DNA of 64,000 bases, taken from Pavona decussata (lineage: Eukaryota). Positions 24,806 to 38,794 of this stretch are shown piece after piece (positions within the stretch are counted from its first letter, which is position 1; the number at the start of each line of letters is the position of its first letter). The DNA lies in NCBI GenBank assembly GCA_977016875.1, contig CDRNST010000122.1, forward strand, positions 3,596,001 to 3,660,000, written 5' to 3'. Position numbers and translations under genes: made by a program. Under the pieces are notes generated by a model. It was not told where the DNA came from, did not search any database, and was given only the letters and a program-made list of their open reading frames with translations.

Positions 24806-26853
24806 GATATCAACTCCAACACGCACAACAACAGCCTTCGACAACACAGTTGATAGTCTTCAAGAAAATATGTTCGCCTTGTGTTTTGAATGCTGTATAT
24901 CACACTGATCCTTTAAACTTTACATTTTCATTTAAAGGACAGTGGAAAGTCAAGTAGATAAGAAGAATTGTAGATTCAATCGCTCGCAAAGATAAACAAG
25001 CTTACCTGTGACTCGTCCCAAGGTCCCTTTCGCTCGCTCTGATGCCACAGCTTTACACGCGCGAATGCAAATTTACTGCCTCTTTCGCTTCAGTTGCAAA
25101 GGAATGCATAGAAGCCCAAGAACACGGTAGAGCGATTTCTCTTAACTCTTGAAATAGGAAATTATGGAAGAATACACGTACAAACATCTGACTGGCTATA
25201 TTTGCTTAATTTTTATTTATTTATTTATTGTTTTTTTTATCGTCTTTTGGAGTCAAATCTTGCTGAGACTAACTAAGCCCAGGAGCTGCGCATCTAAAAA
25301 AAGCTATTAAAGCAGAATCCTCGTCCGTCCATCTGCCGGTGCTTGTATACGAAACATACAGTCCCAGTGCCGTCTTTTCATTTTACTTACAGAACAATCT
25401 TCGTAGTTTCTAATTATAGCATTGTTTTATGCATCGTTAATTTCTTCCCTCTATCGGATTATAAAGCTGTTTGTCTAGCGTTTGCTCAAGACTAAAGCCC
25501 ACACACAATAGTAGAATAAAAAAATAAAAAAACGTTTTGTCTGCTAAGGATTTATGGATCAACAACACCCTACAGAGTTGTAGTAATACAGTTTTTCTAG
25601 AACTTTTTAAAAGCTTCGAAATGCTAGTATTAACAGAACTAAATAGCGCCTTTCCTAAATTGTAGTTTAATTTGTATCACCAAGCTATAAAGGCTTATCA
25701 ACCATTCGAACAACTTTCTGACCATCTAAAACCATTGATCCGTTAATTTGCAATCATCTACCACAAACTGGCTAGATATCGCTCAATCTTTATTTGAGTT
25801 TTCAAGTATTTCACAAATTAAGTGTACTGCCTGATTGCTCAGTGTATGCATGAGGCAATTGACCTCACAATTCGCAATTCACGTCCCACGAAGTAGTCAT
25901 ACCCCGATGCTTTTACTATTTACCTCATACGGAATCCAAAGATCCCGCTGTCAGCTAGTAGCGTCCCAGGTCAGTTTGTTCCTGAACAAGAGTGGACAAA
26001 ACATGCTTGAAACGAAATTTAGCTGGAGTAACCTTAATTTTGACAACAATTTTGTTTGGACTAAAATGATGTAGTCTTCTAATTTATAACAACAAAGTAG
26101 TTAACCAAATTTAAAATCCGGTTAGCAGCAATTAAAATATTGAAGGAAAATTGAAAATATTGAACGAAAACACTGTGATAGAGAAGACAGGGTCCAGCAC
26201 ATGACGTTGCCTCGTCTGCCGGAATTACCTTACCCTCAGCTGGCGTCGAAGAAGTTGTTGATTTGGAGTATTTTTTATCCAGCTAATTCAAAATTGTTTA
26301 TTAGCATCGGTGATCAAATCAGCTTTTTATTTTTCTTGAAATCTTGGTATTTAACTATTGGACCAACCGCTACTCACTTTATGCCGACAAAATCCTAAAG
26401 TTTGACGATTCATATGAAAGCTCTGAAAGCTATATACTGAGAATTGCTCTACTGTGGTGCTGTTATTACGCTGTACAAACATGATTTTAACTTTTGAGTC
26501 TCCAGACAAAATCGTCCAAAGAAGTGCCACAATATTAATCAAGCGAAAGTTAAAGAGCAGCACTTTGTTGTGAGACTGTTTGCTGTGCAAGATGCTTCTA
26601 GCTTTTGTTTGCGTGAAAGAAATCCTAAAAGTGTGAAAACTACTGAGCTGTACTATTCTTGTGGCACGTTCTACTATTCTGCTGTTATAAAGACGCTTCA
26701 ACTCTCTAGTCTGCAGATGGACCATTCAAATGAATCTAACAAGCAGTACTTTCCACTGATCGATACTGTAATTTTCCCTACCCTTTTGTAACATGACATC
26801 TACTTTGCTTCCAATCTTGAGCGTCGGAATTCCAAGGATTGGAAGAGCTACGA

Positions 26854-27192
26854 TTAATACCAGTTCCCATCCGCTCTGGTAACCCTACTTCTCAGCACTC
26901 GTCCATCCGTCCATGCATACGTATTCACTATCCCCATTTCTCGGGCCGCTCCAGTCCGTTGTCTCTCCGGGGTTTTCTCTTTGTTCCTTTCAGCGTGAGC
27001 TAGTCTATCCAACATTTCATCAATTTCTTCCTTACTAAGTTGTTTTGCGCTAGGTTTCGTGGCGTTTCCGTCGTCCTCCGATGTTTTTGTTGTATTAAGC
27101 CTTGCGACCATAGCATCAACTTGTTCTCTGGGTAAGCTAGGCTGTCCTTTATACTCGGGATACTTAACATAGGACGTCTTGTTCCACGACAT
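26854..27192 (-). CDS. Small unknown protein, paralogue C (112 aa)
   Basis: ATG ORF; EQVDAMVARL, EEIDEMLDRL, TPERQRTGAAREMGIVNTYAWTDG. Confidence 0.85.
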   Translation of the reverse strand: MSWNKTSYVKYPEYKGQPSLPREQVDAMVARLNTTKTSEDDGNATKPSAKQLSKEEIDEMLDRLAHAERNKEKTPERQRTGAAREMGIVNTYAWTDGRVLRSRVTRADGNWY

Positions 27193-27749
27193 TATGTTAA
27201 CAAATATTCCAGCTCACCAATTTTAGCGTAAAAATATTTTCGTGACACCTGCTTTGGCTGTTTATCTAATGAATTTAGATGAAATCCGTTATCCCAAACA
27301 GATGGATCTCAGTTCCTTCGTAATTAATCTTATTGTTCGCCACAAAACCACAGAAGGATCTCGATTTACAATGCCACCAGCTTACACTAAGGTGTAGTTC
27401 TTTTGTTATAGAGATGATTGTTTGCTTAATAATTTACTTCACTCATACCATTCTGCATTGTGAGCACAAGAGATTTGCAATGGCGCTGTTTGTTGAAATT
27501 TTTATTACGAATAAGTAATAATTGAAGAATCGGAAAGAGGAAAATAAAAACTAGTCAGGCAGCAGTAGATGAAAGCGATGATTATCGAAATGTTTCCTTT
27601 TTGCATTTTTTGGTATTTGTTAAGCTCTAGAACTGGTTTAAACGCGAAAGTATAGACTACAACAAATATTTAACTAATTTGAGATCATTCAGGAATAATT
27701 GAACCAAAACATGCATAGTGAATACTGATCAATGCTTATCCCTGATTAT

Positions 27750-28025
27750 ATTTTTACCCGCACTTGTCACGTGCCTCCCACGCGCTTTTTATCGGTTGCG
27801 TTTTTCCCGCGTTTGGCACCCCTTTCCCGTTTTTCCCGCGCTTGGCACCGTTACAATTGCATATTTTCCTGCGCTTTTCGCCGGTTGCATGTTTTGTGAC
27901 GCTTGGCACCGAATTCACTTTTCCCGCGATCCTCAATTTACAAGGGAAAAATCCTAGGAACGAGGTTTCGGGTCATGATGTCGCTTCGTTCCTGTTGCAT
28001 GTCTTATTTCCTGCGCTTGGTACTA
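27750..28025. repeat. Array of TTTTCCCGCGCTTGGCACC-type units (interspersed repeat)
   Basis: About 6 degenerate copies; related units at ~30800 and ~41545. Confidence 0.7.
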
Positions 28026-28516
28026 GGATTATTTTCCATTCCTCTACTAGTCTGACTATAGAAGGTGCACAAAGGAGGGAGGGGAGGAAAGAATTCAAGC
28101 GCATTATGCATGTGATACTTCGATTCATCTCAAACCTCCCTATTCTGACATGAAGGCTAAAGCAACGGAAAACCCGGTATTAATGAAAGGTATGCGTTGC
28201 TCCTTCTCACCGTATTTTCTGACGATATAGAATCTGAGAGTGATTTCAAAGTGGACCTGAGCTGTGCTTAAAACATAATTATTTTAATAATATTATTTCC
28301 CTTGACAAGTCTTTCCTAATTTAGTTAGTCTTCTAGACCTATGGCTTTTGAAGACGTTATAACAACTCACTACCTATATTTCTACTAACTTTTACACGCA
28401 GTGAAATATTCTTATATGATAACTATCTTTTTATCTAAAAATCAAGTTTTTTATATATATGCCTGTCAAGTATATCAATTAGCTGAATTAAAATACATTA
28501 TCCTTTCTAAAAAATT

Positions 28517-28658
28517 TCGTCATTATCATCGTCATCATCATTGTAAGTATCATCGTCTTCAACATAATTATCATTATCATCATCACTGCAATTGCAATCA
28601 TCGTCATTGTCATCGTCATCATCATCATCATCATCGTTGTCGTCGTCATCATTATTAC
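28517..28658. repeat. Degenerate (CAT/CGT)n microsatellite
   Basis: Direct reading; explains the spurious poly-His and poly-Met ORFs. Confidence 0.9.
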
Positions 28659-29860
28659 TAATATTCTAATATGAAAATTATTGAACAGACAAATACATGT
28701 GGAAAAGTACATTTGTACGTCACTGACTCCCCGATGAAGAAGCTTTCAATGCAAAAGTGACGGGCCGAGGTCGTTGCTCATTGTACTTTGTAGATTGAGA
28801 TTTTCTCGCTAATCTGCATGAGCATTTATGGAGGTACAAAAATGTGCAAAGTGGCCAACATCGGGGTATTCTCGGCTTGATTAATAATGAGGAGGGTAGA
28901 AAGGCTTTTTTTTGTTTTGAAAATACGGATATGCTTGGGGAACTTTTTGAGCTAGAAATTTCTGCGGAAAATTTTGGGCAAGAAACGTTTGGCAGGAATG
29001 TCTTTAAGGGTTGATAAAACTAGAGTCCTAGCGTCCTGAATTTTTGGCTAAGTTTTACGATGATAGCTCAAAGTACACTTGCGATGTTTCGGTTTTGTTA
29101 ATATAAAGCAATATAAAGCCTTAACTGAATTATAATAAGGGACAATATGTGCTCGTTTGTGGTAATCCGGAACAAAACTTCATCGCTCCGCGTTTCGAAA
29201 GAATGACTGCCAAAGTGTGCCAAACGTTTGTTGAAAGATGCACGATGAATTAATACTCTGGTGGACATTTTAACTATCGCCCCATCGAGTGGGGGTTTTA
29301 AACTTATTTTTACGAGGAGAAAAGAAGGGACTTCGCGAGGTCACGTTTTGGGTCGTTGGACCTTTTTTGAGTGTAAACATTTTCCTGACTTCAGTCACAA
29401 CCCTCCCCCTCCCCTCCCCAACAAAAATTAATAACGTACGAGGTAGCCCCTGTCTTACCCCTGTTTAGAGAGTTCGTGGTCCGCAGGGCACCTCTCCCTT
29501 GAGTAAACACTTACGCCATCGCAGTTTCTTAAAAATGTATCTACATACTAACAGTGAAGTCGTTTAATTCAACCGACGATATGGATAAATATAAATTTCG
29601 AAAAATGCTAGTTGAAATGTCAACAAAACGCGATTTTAGTACCATTCAGATTTTCTGGTTTCCGTTTAAAATGTCCGACGACTAATTGGTCACTTTTGCA
29701 TGGATGTCCTTAATTGACATCACCTCTACATGGGAAAGGCTAGCTAACTAAATAAACGAACTAATAACTGATCAAGCATGCACAATTACAAGATTTCTCT
29801 CTCTTCGAAAGCAACACCGCAGATATCTTTCTTTTTCTCTGAGAATCAGTCGAGGCAAGC

Positions 29861-32800
29861 TCAGAAATGAAAACGGAACACAAAAAATGCCACCATGGTA
29901 AGAACAGCTCCCCAAGATGCCAATACCTTCGTACCATCCGATATAACATCATCTGGTGAAAACGAAAAAAAAAAGAATATTGACATGAAATGATTAACGT
30001 CAGCTGTTCTGTTGAAATCAAGGGGAAAGCTCTAGGAAAGAGGTTGTTTCAATTCTGATTGGTTCACCATTGTGCTGTTTGCGTCTGTTATGAATGGTCA
30101 GAGTAATTACTTTGGTTTTGATTTTACGACACTCAGTTGAAAACCTTATCAATTCGGACTGAATGTGCGAGTTCGAGTTTGGTGAAAAAGGTTACTGAGG
30201 GTAAAACGTTGCTAGTTCAGAGTACATAACCAGCATTTTCACCTTACATAGCGGTTGCGAAATATTGCGACTTTTTTAAAAGTTTTTCAGTGCCGAAAAG
30301 GTGGATCAGGAATGGATGAATTCATTTTGAAATTACAAATTCAAACCTACCTTCGAAAGTCACTGTAAGCTTCTGGCAAAGATCTTCCGCTGTGTTCGTG
30401 GAACAATTTGACGGCAGGCAGCAGTAGTAGTCCCCACTGTCGGTGCTGCTCAAGTTTGCGATGGACAGCAAATAAGGATCATACGTTCCATTGTGAGAAA
30501 TCTTGTAACGTTTATCCGTCGAGGAATCTGGAATAAATTTGAATGCAAAGGAATGTTAATGGGGACTTGGTTTGACAAACCACCTTCTGTGCCGGAATGT
30601 TAAGTGAAAATTTATGGGAAGGGTTAACTGGAGATGTAAGCAAATATTAGATTATTTTGACAAAGGAATGCAACAGAATTGCTATAGTTTGCTTTCAGTA
30701 GAGCCGGGTGGAGCCATTTTTCACTTTTAATAACAAGCTTCTTCATTTTCTCAAGCGATTACGTGTAGAACCAAACTAGTGGTGACTCGATCTCAGGTTT
30801 TTTCCTCGGGCGGCACCGGTTTCGTGTTTGCATCAGTATGCGTCCACTGCCAGTGATTTGCATAATTACCTTGGCTTTGCATTGGTTTCAAGTCACTCCG
30901 CCATTAAAAACCATTTTATTCGGTGGTATTTTGTAGTTCTAATAGTAAAAATTTCACACTTAGAATTACTAAAATTGTATGGACTACAATAAAAAAAATG
31001 TTGGCTTCTACTGGTTGCTTACTGAACCAATCCGGTTAATATGGCGATACATGACGTTATCCATCTCTCCATGTTTGGATTTTGTCTTGGCATGCGATCA
31101 CAGGTAATGATTAAGAAATTCAGTTTATAAACGGATGACATAAAATTACTATTGCCTTAATTTAACTGGAAGGTACTTGAAACAGCATGCCGTCGATAGG
31201 GCAACAAGAAAAAGTAAAAAAATTTAGACTTCGTTACCCTCCTTGAAAATCAGTACATTGATTAACAATTGAATGGACAAGGATATTTATTAATCAGTCT
31301 TACCGACACACGCAGTAACATTTTCGTCGTTTTCTTTCTTCACTTTCCACTCCACATTCAAAGGTATTGGGACACCTTGAGGACTGCATTGTAGTGTCAA
31401 GTTCTCTCCGATGTGAGCTTCGTTTTCTCCTTTAAGATGTTCAATCCATGGCGCGACTGGAAGGAAAGACACAGTCTCAATTCATTTATATAAGCGCCCG
31501 GCTGTTAACTCAAGTCAGGTTCTCATGCCAGATAATCATTTTTGGAGAAATGCGAGTTTAATGACAGTTGTTAGCTTTAGCTGGAGATATTGTTGGAATC
31601 ATAGTTTCTCGAGTAAACTTTGAAAATCTTTAGAAGTCTACGGCCTGACAAAATAATACTCGGGCTTCTTTTTTTTTTGTGGGGGGGGGGGGGGGGGGTG
31701 AGGGAGAAAATGCTGGTTCCGTAAGAAGGTGCGCCATATACACACCAGTTATACAAACAGTGGCATCGTTCAGAAAGAATAAAAAAAACAGTCATCCCAA
31801 AAGCAATTGCGTTTTCCAGCGCACGGCATCCATGATACGTTTTCGTTTCAAGTTTAATCTCTTTCAGGACTTCGCCTAAAACTCAAGCGAATTGTGGATA
31901 AGATTTTGTTTCAAGTTTGTTCGCTACCAACCTCGTCCCCAGGGTCCTCTCGGTATAAATGGCGGTGAGAGAAGACGATAAAGAATAACAATATTGGTCG
32001 CGACCTTTAAAATAAACCAATAATGATCCTACCGCCATTTTGAAATAATTCCATTATCCAGTCTATTGGGGGAAAGGTGACTTAGGATATCTCTTCGCCG
32101 CCATTTTGAATAAGGAAGGAGATCAAGCTGGTTCTCTGCATTGTGTGACGTGTTTTGGGTTTTGGTTTCGAGATTAACCAAACGCAAATGCAATATGCTT
32201 ACTCACTGTTGACAGTGGTGTCGTCTGACACATTGTACTCTGTAATTTGACGCACAAACACTACCAGCACACAAGTGTATTTCCCTGCATCTTTGACGCC
32301 CACGTTTCTTAAGACAAGCGCGTTGTGTTCTGCTAGGTTTTTATCTTGTACTGGTGTCGGTGCTGGTATATTCTGCACTAATTCGTCATCTTTGAACCAC
32401 AACATCCTCCTCAGCTGGGTCGCTTGGCTTCCTTTGTCTGTTATGTTGCAATAAATTCTGCCCTCTTTACCATGTTGCAAGACTGTTACTTTAGAAGTAA
32501 GCAATTTGGGGATTTCATGGCCTGGAGAAAAATATGGAAATTTACTCATAGAAATCTTTGAAATGTTGTCCTTTTGTGTCGGGTGGATATGTTTCATCAC
32601 GGTCACTATCAAAATATAAATTTATCAACTGAGAGCAACGTCTGTCCAGTGTAAGAATATACAGTGTTGTTAGTATGTAATGTTGTGTATATAAGTAGAG
32701 TGCAGTACGTAATGGTCTGTAAACTGACAATGTAGTAATGTACATTGTCAATACTTTTGTTTTTAAAATACCCCCCCCCCCCCCCTCTCCTCCCCTTCAC

Positions 32801-35800
32801 TCACTTCGACTCTAGTGGCCCACACGGCTGGAGCTTAACCCGGTTTTTGAAGCCTTAATTAAGCAAAAAGACTTTTGTTCTTGGGCCATCGTAGCTTGAT
32901 CAGAAATAAAATACAAACAGCGGTGATAAACATAGTAAACTTGCGCATTTTATATGGTTTTTTGCTCACCCCACCCTGGACGGGATGCATGTTGGTGATT
33001 CTGTTTATACATCTGAATGAAGAGAAACGATGTGGAGTAAATTTCTTGTCTAAGGAAACAACATGACTGAGTGCAAGGACTTGTACCTCCGACCCTTCGA
33101 TTCTCCGATCGAAAAAAGTTCGGTTGAGATTCCGAGCCGTGCTAACCACTTCTGGCTGAGATTACCCCTACTTCAATAGCTAGAGGCTACTGTCATCTGG
33201 GGGTGATAACTAATCAGCCGCGAAAATTGTTGGGTAATTTACTGTTTAAAAAGTCAAAGATTCCCAATATCCGATGATACTCATACAAAACTGAGAAAAT
33301 GGTCCACTTTTGCCACTATAACAAGAATACAGTTTACTTTTTATCGCCGAAAATGTACATACAATAACAAAAAGTTTTTAAATCTTCATCGGTTAAGTTA
33401 ATGGTATGCCTTTCTGGTGATGGCATGCAAGCCAGTTTAACACTCTTAAATTTCCTTTTTTCGCTATTTTCATTTCCCAAGGTCGAATTTTCGCAATCCG
33501 TTAATGTTAAGTAAAAATACTCAAGATTGAAACCCATCGCTTCTTTTAATTAAGCTCTTACCGCCAAAAAATATAATAACTAAAGTGCCTCCAGATGTAC
33601 TTACTTCCCATTACGTTGAGGTTAAAGCCGCGCTTCACTGGCTGAGGTTCTCCAACTGCGTAAGCATGACACTCGTATCTTCCCAAGGAGGATTGACTAT
33701 CATCAGCCATTGTAACATTCCGGATGTGAAAAGTGACAAAAAGCTTGCGACCGTTTTCTGCAAATAAAGATACAACGTATAAAAGACTTTAAAAAAATAT
33801 TGACTTTTATGATAATTTTATTTAAGTTAAAACGTCACAAAGCTCGTTTTGCCAGTACTGTGTTGGGTCTGAAAACGGCTTGGTATGGAAAGTGAGTGCA
33901 GGAGCGTATAACCCACAACCTCTATCACTCATACTAAGACTCGGGATCACTTTCGAATTCTCGAGTAGATTTATTTTTAGAGCGGATCTCGGGGACCTTT
34001 GACGCGTGTACACTTCAAATAACCAATCAAGAGCAATGACAATTAAATTGTCTTACGTCATACCTTTTAGGGGGAGAAGCAGTACTGAAAATAAACGATA
34101 CTTTTGATGTAGAGGACGACACGTGCACTTGGTTAGTGGAGATGCACGTGCCAGACGTCACGTTGCGTCACGTTACTCTGGCACTGACAAGGTACTAAGC
34201 TAGTTGAAATAGATTGCCCTTTGCTGTTGTGTCAGCAAAGCAATCAGTTTGGTTTCTAAAAATCAAAGTACTGGGGAAACAGTTGACTTAAGGAATTAAT
34301 ATAGATAGAGGCTCGTAGTCATGGGTTCCTGCATATAGTTGTTCTGAAACAGGGTTTGGGCCATTAAAACCACATCATAGAATCTTGGGAGTACCCACAT
34401 TTTCCCTCTAAGCCCCTCACCCCCCATAGGTTCCTGTGCGTATATAGTTGTTCTGTAATAGGTTTGGGGGTGGGGGGGGGGGGGGCAGCAAACCCCCATC
34501 AAATAATCTAGGGAGTTCCCTCAAGAGTTTGGAAGATTTGGACTCTTATCAATCTCACAGTGCATATTAAAATACGGATACAAACTCTGAGGGCATCTGA
34601 GGGCACGAGAGTCACCCATCGCTCAAACAGTTCATGAACAATGTAGAGTGCCGGGTTTGAACTCCTGCCCACCCCAGTCAGCACGTTCTGGACTGATTCA
34701 ATCCCAATTGACAACACGTGCCTACCTTCTGTTTTGTTCGTGAAGTAAATGTTTTCATTTGCCGTTAAGTTGGTGTAGATAGCAAAATTGTCTTTTCTCA
34801 CAAACTGAATACTCTCGGGGACCTTGATTCCTGACGAGTCATAAGCTACGCACGTGATTTGTGTTGAAGTGAACTCGGCTGGATAACCATTTTCAGGCGG
34901 AAAAGGTTCCACTATTGCAAATTTACCTGAAAAAAAGTGAAATAAATAGTGAGAACTCGGCAAGATTACCATGTTTTTCTTACAATGCGGAAAGATAACT
35001 GCGGAACATACACTCGCTCCACTAGTTAGTTGGCTCATCAGCTTAAGCCTGCCTGATTGCCACTTTGCTGTGTCACGGCGATTTTGATGGCGTCTTGTCA
35101 AAATTACTCCAGTATTAAGAATACGTATCCTTTCTCGTACGCAAAGTACTCATATAGCATCATGGGGTAGATTTTCTAATAAATTATTGAAGTAAGGACA
35201 GGCCTTAATAAGTTTACAGCGCTATGAATTTTGCATGACGCAACTGTGAGACTGAAAACGTTGGCCAATGATTACATTAAGTCACAATCCATTATAATCC
35301 TCATCAACTGCACTCAAAAACAATTAAATAGTGTACTAAGACTATTGGTAGCATGACTTTTGGAGTTCCTTCGGTATTTGTCTCGTTTATTTATAAGTTC
35401 GTTTTGCCAGTCTTGGCCATTGGACATTTTCGGGCCCAGTTGTGTTTCGGCCTAATATGTCTATTTTGGGATCTGTCAACTGAGCCTTGTTCGCATTTCC
35501 GCACTTACGAAAACACGAATGGAAACTAAAACTTGTTCACGTCCCCTTTCTTGTTGCTTGGCCTTTACGCGTTTTATTGTCGCGTTCTCCATTCTCAGGT
35601 TGTTTTTTCTCGTTCCCGCTAGTTGAGATTCCGCGTGGAACAGGCCAGCGCTATTGTGCATGCGTGTGAAAATAGATAGTGGGCCTAAAGAGAAAAAATA
35701 AATCGGCGCTTTAAGCTTGTCTTCTTACTATTTACAAATTCACAACTAAGTAACTCTATTTCGTTTTTCGACCAACAAAACTCAAACAGGGGAAACGCGA

Positions 35801-37141
35801 TGTAATCTTGTGCCCATGCAGTGAAATCAGTGAGTCTGCACTCCTGATTGTACACACACTTCACTGACATGATTCTCTCGTGATCTGATCCGTAATCGAG
35901 AAGGTACAAGGTCCATTTGGTTTGCCTGCACCAGAAAATTTTAGACAAACAGTCCTGTCAGGCTTTCAGCGGACTTTTGCCGTAGACATGTACAATTTGA
36001 AAAATGTTACCGTCTAAACGACCGAAGCACCAGTCAAATTGAAACGGAAACTCTTATCTCTAGGGTATATGTAATAATCCCTTCTCTTTTGACATGTGTT
36101 TTTGTCGTTTTTGGCTCTAAAACAGTCAGCAATCATTAAAATTGACTTGTTGATTCTTGCTCCTCTTGATCTCTGAATGACAATAAACAAAAAGAAACTC
36201 GAGCCAAGAACAGTTTCACTTTCGGTTTTAGATAAACAGAGGGCATGAATGTTACCCAAGAAAGGGCATTTCACGTGATAAGTGTTCCAAAGGAAATTTT
36301 ATACTACATATACCACCAGAGTGTCTTGTGTTTCATCCATAAAAACACTAAGCTAATTTCTATTGTGACATAAAAGGGTGCTGTGCCCCATTGTAATAAG
36401 TTGGTTCGGTGTAAAGGTCGCAGGCAAGTATCGTGTAGTAGTAGCATGTTTTCCAAAGGTTAATTGTCTTGATGAGCGACCAAATTCTCCGAACAAACTT
36501 CAAAAGAAATGTCCCCTTTTTGGTACTGAGAATTGGTGTCTTGATCTACTATCACCACGGGAAAAACACTCTTTCGTCAGTTCGGCCAAGTTGCCTCTGA
36601 TCGAACAAGAAAGAGTCCAATCAAAGGGGAAAAGAATTGTAAAAGCCCTAAAGATAACTTGTTAACTTTGCTAGAATGATTAGATTTTGGCAAATAGACT
36701 AGAGTGATCGAAAACTCATCGAAAAAATGAACAATGTATCTTGTCCTTACACATACGCAGTTGCAACTGTATTTAGTACCCATTTTCATTTATCACATTT
36801 CAATTTTTGGGAACATCCTATACATTTCTTTCCTCTTTGAATTCGCGTTTATTTCAAAAATCTTTATAAATGAAAACGTTAAATTTATAGTTTTATGTGT
36901 TCCTTTCGCTACAAATCAGTGGAAGTTCAGCGAAGAAAAATTATTGTGACTTGTTCATGTGATGAAAAAAATTTGTCTGATCACGTAGTTTTCTTAACCG
37001 AGTTTCAGTTGTTCAAAGTGCAGGCAAAATCTGGTGAAGTATATACATATATTTATCTAAGTTTTACTAATACTCACCATTGGCAAAGCCAATTGCAGAA
37101 AATAAAGTAAGGAAAACGATCACGCCGCTAGAGAAAACCAT
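29861..37141 (-). CDS. Ig-superfamily protein A: signal peptide + 3 Ig domains + GPI-type signal, 384 aa
   Basis: Exons 37078-37141, 34726-34926, 33605-33757, 32207-32521, 31304-31456, 30351-30527 and 29861-29952; all GT-AG, all phase 1, open throughout. Signal MVFSSGVIVFLTLFSAIGFANG; Ig motifs LGRYEC, W.KD..DAGKYTC, DSGDYYC; tail SDGTKVLASWGAVLTMVAFFVFRFHF*. Confidence 0.88.
32812..33150 (-). mobile_element. Degenerate tRNA-derived SINE
   Basis: TGGCCCAC..GCTGGAGCTT..CCCGGTTT, CCCTGGACGGGATGC and TTCTTGTCTAAGGAAACAACA segments resemble a common anthozoan SINE in reverse orientation (recalled, not aligned). Confidence 0.55.
36041..36229. promoter_or_regulatory. Two ISRE/IRF-like elements in intron 1 of Ig gene A
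   Basis: GAAACGGAAACT at 36041-36052 and AGTTTCACTTTCGGTTTT at 36212-36229 (reverse complement AAAACCGAAAGTGAAACT). Confidence 0.45.
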
Positions 37142-38469
37142 CCTGGCGTCGGTTCCGATCCAAATGCTCGATTTGCAACTGGGGTTGTGCCGTGTTGTGA
37201 AATGTTTAGGCAAGCTGTTCTGAACGCTATAAATGATCTGCAAGGAGTGTCCGTTAAAGGCAGGACCTGTCAATCATGTTGCTCAAGAGTCCATCTGATT
37301 GGTTTAAGTTTCACACAGTCACATTGGTTCATACCAATCTAACAGCATCATCGCCTCGATGAAATCGCAAAATCGGTAGGCGAACTTGCAGATCCGGGCA
37401 AGGAACGCCGGTTGTCAGATAAAGTTTTCGCCAAATGTCAGTTATCAGTTGAACTGCTGGCCATTTGTCAATCATGTGAATATTAATAATTAACAAAGGA
37501 TCTTTTGAGTAAAAATATTTTTGTACTATTTTTGATTTGTTTCCAAATAGAACTGACCGTACAAAACAACACCCAAAGCCGAAATAAACGTCAAAACCAT
37601 CACAACCGTAAATCAAAACGCCTCCCCCTCCGTATGATGTAATTCTAGTTGCAGGGAGGGGTGGGACTTTTCTTACACAAGGTGAAGCTTATCCAAAGAA
37701 ACATCAAGGCACAAGCGGGATCACGTATATCCACAAGCTTGAGATCAATCCCATACAAATATAATTTGCTTGGAACTATTGCAAAATGTGTTTCCCTGAA
37801 TTTTCTGTCGACTGTGCCGATGAAATTCGAACGTTTCTAGAAGTTGCAATTTTCTGCGAACTACCTCGAGGCATTTCCGACTGTTTCCCGAAGTTCGGTC
37901 GAATGATTCAGATCAATTTTGCAAAATCTTTCAGAGATTATATGACGGTCATTCGAATCAGTGTTTTTGTCACGGTTCTTGGAGAATTTAACGAAACGTT
38001 TGTGACAGGTCGACTCGTCTAATAGCGTTGGCACTGATCAGTTTTTTTCTACTCATACCGAAAATAACACGAGAAAATGAGAAAACATTCTTCGTGTGAA
38101 ACAGGCTATTTTAAACTTTGACCATCTATTCTAAGCTATGGTTCATGATGTTTTTTATATATATATTTAGTGGTGTGAATTGAGTAGAGTTTTTGAAGGA
38201 TTTACCACGGTTCTGGGCTTTACCGACTCTGGGAGCAAGAAGATGGCAAACTTCTCTACCAAACTTTGCACCCATTGTGGCACCATAGGTTTTTTTTTCG
38301 GTCGGTCTTTGGCCGTCACCCTTTGAGCTTTTTGAAAAATAAAAATAAAATGGTAACGTAAAGCTTTGTTGAAGTGTTTATACAAAAGAGGTCAATGACC
38401 CTTGACAAACGAAAAATAAAACTCTTGTTATTATTGTACAAACCCTTGTTTTACCACTGTGTCTTCTCA

Positions 38470-38790
38470 ACAAGCAGGTTCTACGGGTGATTTCTAATGA
38501 CCTATGACGGCAACAAATTATAGATCGTTATAATGAGTTGCTACATAGGCTTAATTTAATAAGAAGTAGAAGACAAGAGGACATGTCAGTTCTTGTTTTC
38601 AAATGCCTAGCTGGCATGCTCCAGAGTAAAAAGCGTATTATTTCAGCCACGTTTTTCGACCACTTACAAGTCAAGACTGAGTGAGAAAGCCGCTATTCCT
38701 AAAGTAAAGAGTATCACTTTCGGTCTACAGTCTTTTAGAAATCAAACGGCCACTCTGTGGAATAGTTTGTCCGACAAGGCGAGGACTGTA
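38470..38790 (+). mobile_element. LINE ORF2 C-terminal remnant (L2/Crack/Daphne group)
   Basis: Translates AIPKVKSITFGLQSFRNQTATLWNSLSDKAR, like the PxxxTxxxGxxSFxxxxxxxWNxLP end of these LINEs. Confidence 0.65.
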
Positions 38791-38794
38791 GTTA

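Noticed and set aside
24806-24847. N-terminal extension MLSKAVVVRVGVDI of paralogue B
   Set aside because: Non-ATG start; alignment with paralogue A places the start at the ATG at 24805.
24991-27266. GATAAACA forkhead-like sites upstream of paralogues B and C
   Set aside because: A short AT-rich motif that is frequent by chance, not clearly present for A, and I saw no RFX X-box; too weak to support ciliary regulation.
28401-28712. Poly-His and poly-Met ORFs
   Set aside because: Translations of a (CAT)n microsatellite.
29761-30021. 86-aa ORF as the last exon of Ig gene A
   Set aside because: Wrong phase; the preceding exon ends in phase 1, which selects the GPI-type frame ending at 29861.
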